From the NCBI GenBank assembly GCA_964057225.1, contig OZ059896.1:20956001-21020000 (forward strand): a stretch of DNA of 64,000 bases. Direction: 5' to 3'. The notes beneath the pieces were generated by a model that was not told the origin of the DNA, made no database searches, and worked only from the letters and a program-made list of their open reading frames with translations. A program made the translations under genes and the position numbers. Positions 40,701-54,500 of this stretch are shown here, in pieces (position 1 is the stretch's first letter; each line of letters begins with the position of its first letter). This stretch comes from Auanema rhodensis. Its lineage: Eukaryota; Animalia; Nematoda.

Positions 40701-43700
40701 TCGAGGATATAAGTGTGAACTTATATCAGTTGATATCTCGGTGCATTTTTAAGCTAGCGCAAATCTGATAACACAGATCGACGCAGCTTAAAAATCCGCA
40801 TCGAATGCACTATACTACATTGAGAAACGCTTAATACACAAATTAGTTATGATCGTTTGAAAAATGATGCATTAGTGTATGTTGAGTTTCCATGTACACT
40901 CAACATTGCTTCCAAAAACATTTTGACAAAAATTTTTTCGAAAAATTTCAAAATAATTTAGCAAAAAGTAGATGTTTTTAGATTCCTTTTCTTAAGGCAA
41001 AGACGATGGACAATGTTATTCAACGAAAAAATTAATTCTTCAGGGTGAAAATCGAGGATATAAGTGTGAACTTATATCAGTTGATATCTCGGTGCATTTT
41101 TAAGCTAGCGCAAATCTGATAACACAGATCGACGCAGCTTAAAAATCCGCATCGAATGCACTATACTACATTGAGAAACGCTTAATACAAAAATTAGTTA
41201 TGATCGTTTGAAAAATGATGCATTAGTGTATGTTGAGTTTCCATGTACACTCAACATTGCTTCCAAAAACATTTTGACAAAAATTTTTTCGAAAAATTTC
41301 AAAATAATTTAGCAAAAAGTAGATGTTTTTAGATTCCTTTTTTTAAGGCAAAGACGATGGACAATGTTATTCAACGAAAAAATTAATTCTTCAGGGTGAA
41401 AATCGAGGATATAAGTGTGAACTTATATCAGTTGATATCTCGGGGCATTTTTAAGCTAGCGCAAATCTGATAACACAGATCGACGCAGCTTAAAAATCCG
41501 CATCGAATGCACTATACTACATCAAGAAACGCTTGATACAAAAATTAGTTATGATCGTTTGAAAAATGATGCATTAGTGTATGTTGAGTTTCCATGTACA
41601 CTCAACATTGCTTCCAAAAACATTTTGACAAAAATTTTTTCGAAAAATTTCAAAATAATTTAGCAAAAAGTAGATGTTTTTAGATTCCTTTTTTTAAGGC
41701 AAAGACGATGGACAATGTTATTCAACGAAAAAATTAATTCTTCAGGACGAAAATCGAGGATATAAGTGTGAACTTATATCAGTTGATATCTCGGTGCATT
41801 TTCAAGCTAGCGCAAATCTGATAACACAGATCGACGCAGCTTAAAAATCCGCATCGAATGCACTATACTACATTGAGAAACGCTTAATACAAAAATTAGT
41901 TATGATCGTTTGAAAAATGATGCATTAGTGTATGTTGAGTTTCCATGTACACTCAACATTGCTTCCAAAAACATTTTGACAAAAATTTTTTCGAAAAATT
42001 TCAAAATAATTTAGCAAAAAGTAGATGTTTATAGATTCCATTTTTCAAGGCAAAGACGATAGACAATGTTATTCAACGAAAAAATTAATTCTTCAGGGTG
42101 AAAATCGAGGATATAAGTGTGAACTTATATCAGTTGATATCTCGGTGCATTTTTAAGCTAGCGCAAATCTGATAACACAGATCGACGCAGCTTAAAAATC
42201 CGTATCGAATGCACTATACTACATTGAGAAACGCTTGATACAAAAATTAGTTATGATCGTTTGAAAAATGATGCATTAGTGTATGTTGAGTTTCCATGTA
42301 CACTCAACATTGCTTCCAAAAACATTTTGACAAAAATTTTTTCGAAAAATTTCAAAATAATTTAGCAAAAAGTAGATGTTTTTAGATTCCATTTTTAAAG
42401 GCAAAGACGATAGACAATGTTATTCAACGAAAAAATTAATTCTTCAGGGTGAAAATCGAGGATATAAGTGTGAACTTATATCAGTTGATATCTCGGTGCA
42501 TTTTCAAGCTAGCGCAAATCTGATAACACAGATCGACGCAGCTTAAAAATCCGCATCGAATGCACTATACTACATTGAGAAACGCTTGATACAAAAATTA
42601 GTTATGATCGTTTGAAAAATGATGCATTAGTGTATGTTGAGTTTCCATGTACACTCAACATTGCTTCCAAAAACATTTTGACAAAAATTTTTTCGAAAAA
42701 TTTCAAAATAATTTAGCAAAAAGTAGATGTTTTTAGATTCCTTTTTTTAAGGCAAAGACGATGGATAATGTTATTCAACGAAAAAATTAATTCTTCAGGG
42801 TGAAAATCGAGGATATAAGTGTGAACTTATATCAGTTGATATCTCGGTGCATTTTTAAGCTAGCGCAAATCTGATAACACAGATCGACGCAGCTTAAAAA
42901 TCTGCATCGAATGCACTATACTACATCAAGAAACGCTTGATACAAAAATTAGTTATGATCGTTTGAAAAATGATGCATTAGTGTATGTTGAGTTTCCATG
43001 TACACTCAACATTGCTTCCAAAAACATTTTGACAAAAATTTTTTCGAAAAATTTCAAAATAATTCAGCAAAAAGTAGATGTTTTTAGATTCCATTTTTCA
43101 AGGCAAAGACGATAGACAATGTTATTCAACGAAAAAATTAATTCTTCAGGGTGAAAATCGAGGATATAAGTGTGAACTTATATCAGTTGATATCTCGGTG
43201 CATTTTTAAGCTAGCGCAAATCTGATAACACAGATCGACGCAGCTTAAAAATCCGCATCGAATGCACTATACTACATTGAGAAACGCTTAATACACAAAT
43301 TAGTTATGATCGTTTGAAAAATGATGCATTAGTGTATGTTGAGTTTCCATGTACACTCAACATTGCTTCCAAAAACAGTTTGACAAAAATTTTTTCGAAA
43401 AATTTCAAAATAATTTAGCAAAAAGTAGATGTTTTTAGATTTCTTTTTTCAAGGCAAAGACGATGGACAATGTTATTCAACGAAAAAATTAATTCTTCAG
43501 GGTGAAAATCGAGGATATAAGTGTGAACTTATATCAGTTGATATCTCGGTGCATTTTTAAGCTAGCGCAAATCTGATAACACAGATCGACGCAGCTTAAA
43601 AATCCGCATCGAATGCACTATACTACATTGAGAAACGCTTAATACACAAATTAGTTATGATCGTTTGAAAAATGATGCATTAGTGTATGTTGAGTTTCCA

Positions 43701-43874
43701 TGTACACTCAACATTGCTTCCAAAAACATTTTGACAAAAATTTTTTCGAAAAATTTCAAAATAATTTAGCAAAAAGTAGATGTTTTTAGATTCCTTTTTT
43801 CAAGGCAAAGACGATGGACAATGTTATTCAACGAAAAAATTAATTCTTCAGGGTGAAAATCGAGGATATAAGTG
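34749..43874. repeat. 7-mer higher-order repeat nested in an 11-monomer (3861 bp) duplication
   Basis: The CGGGGC+CATCAAG / CCGTAT / GGATAA / TCTGC+ATTCAG series starts at 34749, 37206 and 41067. The private marker GTTTATAG is at 38170 and 42031, 3861 bp apart. Confidence 0.9.
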
Positions 43875-46800
43875 TGAACTTATATCAGTTGATATCTCGG
43901 TGCATTTTTAAGCTAGCGCAAATCTGATAACACAGATCGACGCAGCTTAAAAATCCGCATCGAATGCACTATACTACATTGAGAAACGCTTGATACAAAA
44001 ATTAGTCATGATCGTTTGAAAAATGATGCATTAGTGTATGTTGAGTTTCCATGTACACTCAACATTGCTTCCAAAAACATTTTGACAAAAATTTTTTCGA
44101 AAAATTTCAAAATAATTTAGCAAAAAGTAGATGTTTTTAGATTTCTTTTTTCAAGGCAAAGACGATGGACAATGTTATTCAACGAAAAAATTAATTCTTC
44201 AGGGTGAAAATCGAGGATATAAGTGTGAACTTATATCAGTTGATATCTCGGTGCATTTTTAAGCTAGCGCAAATCTGATAACACAGATCGACGCAGCTTA
44301 AAAATCCGCATCGAATGCACTATACTACATTGAGAAACGCTTAATACACAAATTAGTTATGATCGTTTGAAAAATGATGCATTAGTGTATGTTGAGTTTC
44401 CATGTACACTCAACATTGCTTCCAAAAACAGTTTGACAAAAATTTTTTCGAAAAATTTCAAAATAATTTAGCAAAAAGTAGATGTTTTTAGATTCCTTTT
44501 TTTAAAGCAAAGACGATGGACAATGTTATTCAACGAAAAAATTAATTCTTCAGGGTGAAAATCGAGGATATAAGTGTGAACTTATATCAGTTGATATCTC
44601 GGTGCATTTTTAAGCTAGCGCAAATCTGATAACACAGATCGACGCAGCTTAAAAATCCGCATCGAATGCTTTATACTACATTGAGAAACGCTTAATACAA
44701 AAATTAGTTATGATCGTTTGAAAAATGATGCATTAGTGTATGTTGAGTTTCCATGTACACTCAACATTGCTTCCAAAAACATTTTGACAAAAATTTTTTC
44801 GAAAAATTTCAAAATAATTTAGCAAAAAGTAGATGTTTTTAGATTCCATTTTTCAAGGCAAAGACGATAGACAATGTTATTCAACGAAAAAATTAATTCT
44901 TCAGGGTGAAAATCGAGGATATATGTGTGAACTTATATCAGTTGATATCTCGGTGCATTTTTAAGCTAGCGCAAATCTGATAACACAGATCGACGCAGCT
45001 TAAAAATCCACATCGAATGCACTATACTACATTGAGAAACGCTTGATACAAAAATTAGTTATGATCGTTTGAAAAATGATGCATTAGTGTATGTTGAGTT
45101 TCCATGTACACTCAACATTGCTTCCAAAAACATTTTGACAAAAATTTTTTCGAAAAATTTCAAAATAATTTAGCAAAAAGTAGATGTTTTTAGATTTCTT
45201 TTTTCAAGGCAAAGACGATGGACAATGTTATTCAGCGAAAAAATTAATTCTTCAGGGTGAAAATCGAGGATATAAGTGTGAACTTATATCAGTTGATATC
45301 TCGGTGCATTTTTAAGCTAGCGCAAATCTGATAACACAGATCGGCGCAGCTTAAAATCCGCATCGAATGCACTATACTACATTGAGAAACGCTTGATACA
45401 AAAATTAGTTATGATCGTTTGAAAAATGATGCATTAGTGTATGTTGAGTTTCCATGTACACTCAACATTGCTTCCAAAAACATTTTGATAAAAATTTTTT
45501 CGAAAAATTTCAAAATAATTTAGCAAAAAGTAGATGTTTTTAGATTCCATTTTTCAAGGCAAAGACGATAGACAATGTTATTCAACGAAAAAATTAATTC
45601 TTCAGGGTGAAAATCGAGGATATAAGTGTGAACTTATATCAGTTGATATCTCGGTGCATTTTTAAGCTAGCGCAAATCTGATAACACAGATCGACGCAGC
45701 TTAAAAATCCGCATCGAATGCACTATACTACATTGAGAAACGCTTAATACACAAATTAGTTATGATCGTTTGAAAAATGATGCATTAGTGTATGTTGAGT
45801 TTCCATGTACACTCAACATTGCTTCCAAAAACAGTTTGACAAAAATTTTTTCGAAAAATTTCAAAATAATTTAGCAAAAAGTAGATGTTTTTAGATTCCT
45901 TTTTTTAAAGCAAAGACGATGGACAATGTTATTCAACGAAAAAATTAATTCTTCAGGGTGAAAATCGAGGATATAAGTGTGAACTTATATCAGTTGATAT
46001 CTCGGTGCATTTTTAAGCTAGCGCAAATCTGATAACACAGATCGACGCAGCTTAAAAATCCGCATCGAATGCACTATACTACATTGAGAAACGCTTAATA
46101 CAAAAATTAGTTATGATCGTTTGAAAAATGATGCATTAGTGTATGTTGAGTTTCCATGTACACTCAACATTGCTTCCAAAAACATTTTGACAAAAATTTT
46201 TTCGAAAAATTTCAAAATAATTTAGCAAAAAGTAGATGTTTTTAGATTCCATTTTTCAAGGCAAAGACGATAGACAATGTTATTCAACGAAAAAATTAAT
46301 TCTTCAGGGTGAAAATCGAGGATATATGTGTGAACTTATATCAGTTGATATCTCGGTGCATTTTTAAGCTAGCGCAAATCTGATAACACAGATCGACGCA
46401 GCTTAAAAATCCACATCGAATGCACTATACTACATTGAGAAACGCTTGATACAAAAATTAGTTATGATCGTTTGAAAAATGATGCATTAGTGTATGTTGA
46501 GTTTCCATGTACACTCAACATTGCTTCCAAAAACATTTTGACAAAAATTTTTTCGAAAAATTTCAAAATAATTTAGCAAAAAGTAGATGTTTTTAGATTC
46601 CTTTTTTCAAGGCAAAGACGATGGACAATGTTATTCAGCGAAAAAATTAATTCTTCAGGGTGAAAATCGAGGATATAAGTGTGAACTTATATCAGTTGAT
46701 ATCTCGGTGCATTTTTAAGCTAGCGCAAATCTGATAACACAGATCGACGCAGCTTAAAAATCTGCATCGAATGCACTATACTACATCAAGAAACGCTTGA

Positions 46801-49800
46801 TACAAAAATTAGTTATGATCGTTTGAAAAATGATGCATTAGTGTATGTTGAGTTTCCATGTACACTCAACATTGCTTCCAAAAACATTTTGACAAAAATT
46901 TTTTCGAAAAATTTCAAAATAATTCAGCAAAAAGTAGATGTTTTTAGATTCCATTTTTCAAGGCAAAGACGATAGACAATGTTATTCAACGAAAAAATTA
47001 ATTCTTCAGGGTGAAAATCGAGGATATAAGTGTGAACTTATATCAGTTGATATCTCGGTGCATTTTTAAGCTAGCGCAAATCTGATAACACAGATCGACG
47101 CAGCTTAAAAATCCACATCGAATGCACTATACTACATTGAGAAACGCTTGATACAAAAATTAGTTATGATCGTTTGAAAAATGATGCATTAGTGTATGTT
47201 GAGTTTCCATGTACACTCAACATTGCTTCCAAAAACATTTTGACAAAAATTTTTTCGAAAAATTTCAAAATAATTTAGCAAAAAGTAGATGTTTTTAGAT
47301 TCCTTTTTTCAAGGCAAAGACGATGGACAATGTTATTCAGCGAAAAAATTAATTCTTCAGGGTGAAAATCGAGGATATAAGTGTGAACTTATATCAGTTG
47401 ATATCTCGGTGCATTTTTAAGCTAGCGCAAATCTGATAACACAGATCGGCGCAGCTTAAAATCCGCATCGAATGCACTATACTACATTGAGAAACGCTTG
47501 ATACAAAAATTAGTTATGATCGTTTGAAAAATGATGCATTAGTGTATGTTGAGTTTCCATGTACACTCAACATTGCTTCCAAAAACATTTTGATAAAAAT
47601 TTTTTCGAAAAATTTCAGAATAATTTAGCAAAAAGTAGATGTTTTTAGATTCCATTTTTCAAGGCAAAGACGATAGACAATGTTATTCAACGAAAAAATT
47701 AATTCTTCAGGGTGAAAATCGAGGATATAAGTGTGAACTTATATCAGTTGATATCTCGGTGCATTTTTAAGCTAGCGCAAATCTGATAACACAGATCGAC
47801 GCAGCTTAAAAATCCGCATCGAATGCACTATACTACATCAAGAAACGCTTGATACAAAAATTAGTTATGATCGTTTGAAAAATGATGCATTAGTGTATGT
47901 TGAGTTTCCATGTACACTCAACATTGCTTCCAAAAACATTTTGACAAAAATTTTTTCGAAAAATTTCAAAATAATTTAGCAATAAGTAGATGTTTTTAGA
48001 TTCCTTTTTTCAAGGCAAAGACGATGGACAATGTTATTCAACGAAAAAATTAATTCTTCAGGGTGAAAATCGAGGATATAAGTGTGAACTTATATCAGTT
48101 GATATCTCGGTGCATTTTTAAGCTAGCGCAAATCTGATAACACAGATCGACGCAGCTTAAAAATCCGCATCGAATGCACTATACTACATTGAGAAACGCT
48201 TAATACACAAATTAGTTATGATCGTTTGAAAAATGATGCATTAGTGTATGTTGAGTTTCCATGTACACTCAACATTGCTTCCAAAAACAGTTTGACAAAA
48301 ATTTTTTCGAAAAATTTCAAAATAATTTAGCAAAAAGTAGATGTTTTTAGATTTCTTTTTTCAAGGCAAAGACGATGGACAATGTTATTCAACGAAAAAA
48401 TTAATTCTTCAGGGTGAAAATCGAGGATATAAGTGTGAACTTATATCAGTTGATATCTCGGTGCATTTTTAAGCTAGCGCAAATCTGATAACACAGATCG
48501 ACGCAGCTTAAAAATCCGCATCGAATGCACTATACTACATTGAGAAACGCTTAATACACAAATTAGTTATGATCGTTTGAAAAATGATGCATTAGTGTAT
48601 GTTGAGTTTCCATGTACACTCAACATTGCTTCCAAAAACAGTTTGACAAAAATTTTTTCGAAAAATTTCAAAATAATTTAGCAAAAAGTAGATGTTTTTA
48701 GATTCTTTTTTTTAAAGCAAAGACGATGGACAATGTTATTCAACGAAAAAATTAATTCTTCAGGGTGAAAATCGAGGATATAAGTGTGAACTTATATCAG
48801 TTGATATCTCGGTGCATTTTTAAGCTAGCGCAAATCTGATAACACAGATCGACGCAGCTTAAAAATCCGCATCGAATGCACTATACTACATTGAGAAACG
48901 CTTAATACAAAAATTAGTTATGATCGTTTGAAAAATGATGCATTAGTGTATGTTGAGTTTCCATGTACACTCAACATTGCTTCCAAAAACATTTTGACAA
49001 AAATTTTTTCGAAAAATTTCAAAATAATTTAGCAAAAAGTAGATGTTTTTAGATTCCATTTTTCAAGGCAAAGACGATAGACAATGTTATTCAACGAAAA
49101 AATTAATTCTTCAGGGTGAAAATCGAGGATATATGTGTGAACTTATATCAGTTGATATCTCGGTGCATTTTTAAGCTAGCGCAAATCTGATAACACAGAT
49201 CGACGCAGCTTAAAAATCCACATCGAATGCACTATACTACATTGAGAAACGCTTGATACAAAAATTAGTTATGATCGTTTGAAAAATGATGCATTAGTGT
49301 ATGTTGAGTTTCCATGTACACTCAACATTGCTTCCAAAAACATTTTGACAAAAATTTTTTCGAAAAATTTCAAAATAATTTAGCAAAAAGTAGATGTTTT
49401 TAGATTCCTTTTTTCAAGGCAAAGACGATGGACAATGTTATTCAGCGAAAAAATTAATTCTTCAGGGTGAAAATCGAGGATATAAGTGTGAACTTATATC
49501 AGTTGATATCTCGGTGCATTTTTAAGCTAGCGCAAATCTGATAACACAGATCGGCGCAGCTTAAAATCCGCATCGAATGCACTATACTACATTGAGAAAC
49601 GCTTGATACAAAAATTAGTTATGATCGTTTGAAAAATGATGCATTAGTGTATGTTGAGTTTCCATGTACACTCAACATTGCTTCCAAAAACATTTTGATA
49701 AAAATTTTTTCGAAAAATTTCAAAATAATTTAGCAAAAAGTAGATGTTTTTAGATTCCATTTTTCAAGGCAAAGACGATAGACAATGTTATTCAACGAAA

Positions 49801-51593
49801 AAATTAATTCTTCAGGGTGAAAATCGAGGATATAAGTGTGAACTTATATCAGTTGATATCTCGGTGCATTTTTAAGCTAGCGCAAATCTGATAACACAGA
49901 TCGACGCAGCTTAAAAATCCACATCGAATGCACTATACTACATTGAGAAACGCTTGAAACAAAAATTAGTTATGATCGTTTGAAAAATGATGCATTAGTG
50001 TATGTTGAGTTTCCATGTACACTCAACATTGCTTCCAAAAACAGTTTGACAAAAATTTTTTCGAAAAATTTCAAAATAATTTAGCAAAAAAAAGATATTT
50101 TTAGATTTCTTTTTTCAAGGCAAAGACGATGGACAATGTTATTCAACGAAAAAATTAATTCTTCAGGGTGAAAATCGAGGATATAAGTGTGAACTTATAT
50201 CAGTTGATATCTCGGTGCATTTTTAAGCTAGCGCAAATCTGATAACACAGATCGACGCAGCTTAAAAATCCGCATCGAATGCACTATACTACATCAAGAA
50301 ACGCTTGATACAAAAATTAGTTATGATCGTTTGAAAAATGATGCATTAGTGTATGTTGAGTTTCCATGTACACTCAACATTGCTTCCAAAAACATTTTGA
50401 TAAAAATTTTTTCGAAAAATTTCAAAATAATTTAGCAAAAAGTAGATGTTTTTAGATTCCATTTTTCAAGGCAAAGACGATAGACAATGTTATTCAACGA
50501 AAAAATTAATTCTTCAGGGTGAAAATCGAGGATATAAGTGTGAACTTATATCAGTTGATATCTCGGTGCATTTTTAAGCTAGCGCAAATCTGATAACACA
50601 GATCGACGCAGCTTAAAAATCCACATCGAATGCACTATACTACATTGAGAAACGCTTGAAACAAAAATTAGTTATGATCGTTTGAAAAATGATGCATTAG
50701 TGTATGTTGAGTTTCCATGTACACTCAACATTGCTTCCAAAAACAGTTTGACAAAAATTTTTTCGAAAAATTTCAAAATAATTTAGCAAAAAAAAGATAT
50801 TTTTAGATTTCTTTTTTCAAGGCAAAGACGATGGACAATGTTATTCAACGAAAAAATTAATTCTTCAGGGTGAAAATCGAGGATATAAGTGTGAACTTAT
50901 ATCAGTTGATATCTCGGTGCATTTTTAAGCTAGCGCAAATCTGATAACACAGATCGACGCAGCTTAAAAATCCGCATCGAATGCACTATACTACATCAAG
51001 AAACGCTTGATACAAAAATTAGTTATGATCGTTTGAAAAATGATGCATTAGTGTATGTTGAGTTTCCATGTACACTCAACATTGCTTCCAAAAACATTTT
51101 GACAAAAATTTTTTCGAAAAATTTCAAAATAATTTAGCAATAAGTAGATGTTTTTAGATTCCTTTTTTTAAGGCAAAGACGATGGACAATGTTATTCAAC
51201 GAAAAAATTAATTCTTCAGGGTGAAAATCGAGGATATAAGTGTGAACTTATATCAGTTGATATCTCGGTGCATTTTTAAGCTAGCGCAAATCTGATAACA
51301 CAGATCGACGCAGCTTAAAAATCTGCATCGAATGCACTATACTACATCAAGAAACGCTTGATACAAAAATTAGTTATGATCGTTTGAAAAATGATGCATT
51401 AGTGTATGTTGAGTTTCCATGTACACTCAACATTGCTTCCAAAAACACTTTGACAAAAATTTTTTCGAAAAATTTCAAAATAATTTAGCAAAAAGTAGAT
51501 GTTTTTAGATTTCTTTTTTCAAGGCAAAGACGATGGACAATGTTATTCAACGAAAAAATTAATTCTTCAGGGTGAAAATCGAGGATATAAGTG

Positions 51594-54500
51594 TGAACTT
51601 ATATCAGTTGATCTCTCGGTGCATTTTTAAGCTAGCGCAAATCTGATAACACAGATCGACGCAGCTTAAAAATCCGCATCGAATGCACTATACTACATTG
51701 AGAAACGCTTAATACACAAATTAGTTATGATCGTTTGAAAAATGATGCATTAGTGTATGTTGAGTTTCCATGTACACTCAACATTGCTTCCAAAAACAGT
51801 TTGACAAAAATTTTTTCGAAAAATTTCAAAATAATTTAGCAAAAAGTAGATGTTTTTAGATTCCTTTTTTTAAAGCAAAGACGATGGACAATGTTATTCA
51901 ACGAAAAAATTAATTCTTCAGGGTGAAAATCGAGGATATAAGTGTGAACTTATATCAGTTGATATCTCGGTGCATTTTTAAGCTAGCGCAAATCTGATAA
52001 CACAGATCGACGCAGCTTAAAAATCCGCATCGAATGCACTATACTACATTGAGAAACGCTTAATACAAAAATTAGTTATGATCGTTTGAAAAATGATGCA
52101 TTAGTGTATGTTGAGTTTCCATGTACACTCAACATTGCTTCCAAAAACATTTTGACAAAAATTTTTTCGAAAAATTTCAAAATAATTTAGCAAAAAGTAG
52201 ATGTTTTTAGATTCCATTTTTCAAGGCAAAGACGATAGACAATGTTATTCAACGAAAAAATTAATTCTTCAGGGTGAAAATCGAGGATATATGTGTGAAC
52301 TTATATCAGTTGATATCTCGGTGCATTTTTAAGCTAGCGCAAATCTGATAACACAGATCGACGCAGCTTAAAAATCCACATCGAATGCACTATACTACAT
52401 TGAGAAACGCTTGATACAAAAATTAGTTATGATCGTTTGAAAAATGATGCATTAGTGTATGTTGAGTTTCCATGTACACTCAACATTGCTTCCAAAAACA
52501 TTTTGACAAAAATTTTTTCGAAAAATTTCAAAATAATTTAGCAAAAAGTAGATGTTTTTAGATTCCTTTTTTCAAGGCAAAGACGATGGACAATGTTATT
52601 CAGCGAAAAAATTAATTCTTCAGGGTGAAAATCGAGGATATAAGTGTGAACTTATATCAGTTGATATCTCGGTGCATTTTTAAGCTAGCGCAAATCTGAT
52701 AACACAGATCGGCGCAGCTTAAAATCCGCATCGAATGCACTATACTACATTGAGAAACGCTTGATACAAAAATTAGTTATGATCGTTTGAAAAATGATGC
52801 ATTAGTGTATGTTGAGTTTCCATGTACACTCAACATTGCTTCCAAAAACATTTTGATAAAAATTTTTTCGAAAAATTTCAAAATAATTTAGCAAAAAGTA
52901 GATGTTTTTAGATTCCATTTTTCAAGGCAAAGACGATAGACAATGTTATTCAACGAAAAAATTAATTCTTCAGGGTGAAAATCGAGGATATAAGTGTGAA
53001 CTTATATCAGTTGATATCTCGGTGCATTTTTAAGCTAGCGCAAATCTGATAACACAGATCGACGCAGCTTAAAAATCCACATCGAATGCACTATACTACA
53101 TTGAGAAACGCTTGAAACAAAAATTAGTTATGATCGTTTGAAAAATGATGCATTAGTGTATGTTGAGTTTCCATGTACACTCAACATTGCTTCCAAAAAC
53201 AGTTTGACAAAAATTTTTTCGAAAAATTTCAAAATAATTTAGCAAAAAAAAGATATTTTTAGATTTCTTTTTTCAAGGCAAAGACGATGGACAATGTTAT
53301 TCAACGAAAAAATTAATTCTTCAGGGTGAAAATCGAGGATATAAGTGTGAACTTATATCAGTTGATATCTCGGTGCATTTTTAAGCTAGCGCAAATCTGA
53401 TAACACAGATCGACGCAGCTTAAAAATCCGCATCGAATGCACTATACTACATCAAGAAACGCTTGATACAAAAATTAGTTATGATCGTTTGAAAAATGAT
53501 GCATTAGTGTATGTTGAGTTTCCATGTACACTCAACATTGCTTCCAAAAACATTTTGACAAAAATTTTTTCGAAAAATTTCAAAATAATTTAGCAATAAG
53601 TAGATGTTTTTAGATTCCTTTTTTTAAGGCAAAGACGATGGACAATGTTATTCAACGAAAAAATTAATTCTTCAGGGTGAAAATCGAGGATATAAGTGTG
53701 AACTTATATCAGTTGATATCTCGGTGCATTTTTAAGCTAGCGCAAATCTGATAACACAGATCGACGCAGCTTAAAAATCTGCATCGAATGCACTATACTA
53801 CATCAAGAAACGCTTGATACAAAAATTAGTTATGATCGTTTGAAAAATGATGCATTAGTGTATGTTGAGTTTCCATGTACACTCAACATTGCTTCCAAAA
53901 ACATTTTGACAAAAATTTTTTCGAAAAATTTCAAAATAATTTAGCAAAAAGTAGATGTTTTTAGATTCCATTTTTCAAGGCAAAGACGATAGACAATGTT
54001 ATTCAACGAAAAAATTAATTCTTCAGGGTGAAAATCGAGGATATAAGTGTGAACTTATATCAGTTGATATCTCGGTGCATTTTTAAGCTAGCGCAAATCT
54101 GATAACACAGATCGACGCAGCTTAAAAATCCGCATCGAATGCACTATACTACATTGAGAAACGCTTAATACACAAATTAGTTATGATCGTTTGAAAAATG
54201 ATGCATTAGTGTATGTTGAGTTTCCATGTACACTCAACATTGCTTCCAAAAACAGTTTGACAAAAATTTTTTCGAAAAATTTCAAAATAATTTAGCAAAA
54301 AGTAGATGTTTTTAGATTTCTTTTTTCAAGGCAAAGACGATGGACAATGTTATTCAACGAAAAAATTAATTCTTCAGGGTGAAAATCGAGGATATAAGTG
54401 TGAACTTATATCAGTTGATATCTCGGTGCATTTTTAAGCTAGCGCAAATCTGATAACACAGATCGACGCAGCTTAAAAATCCGCATCGAATGCACTATAC

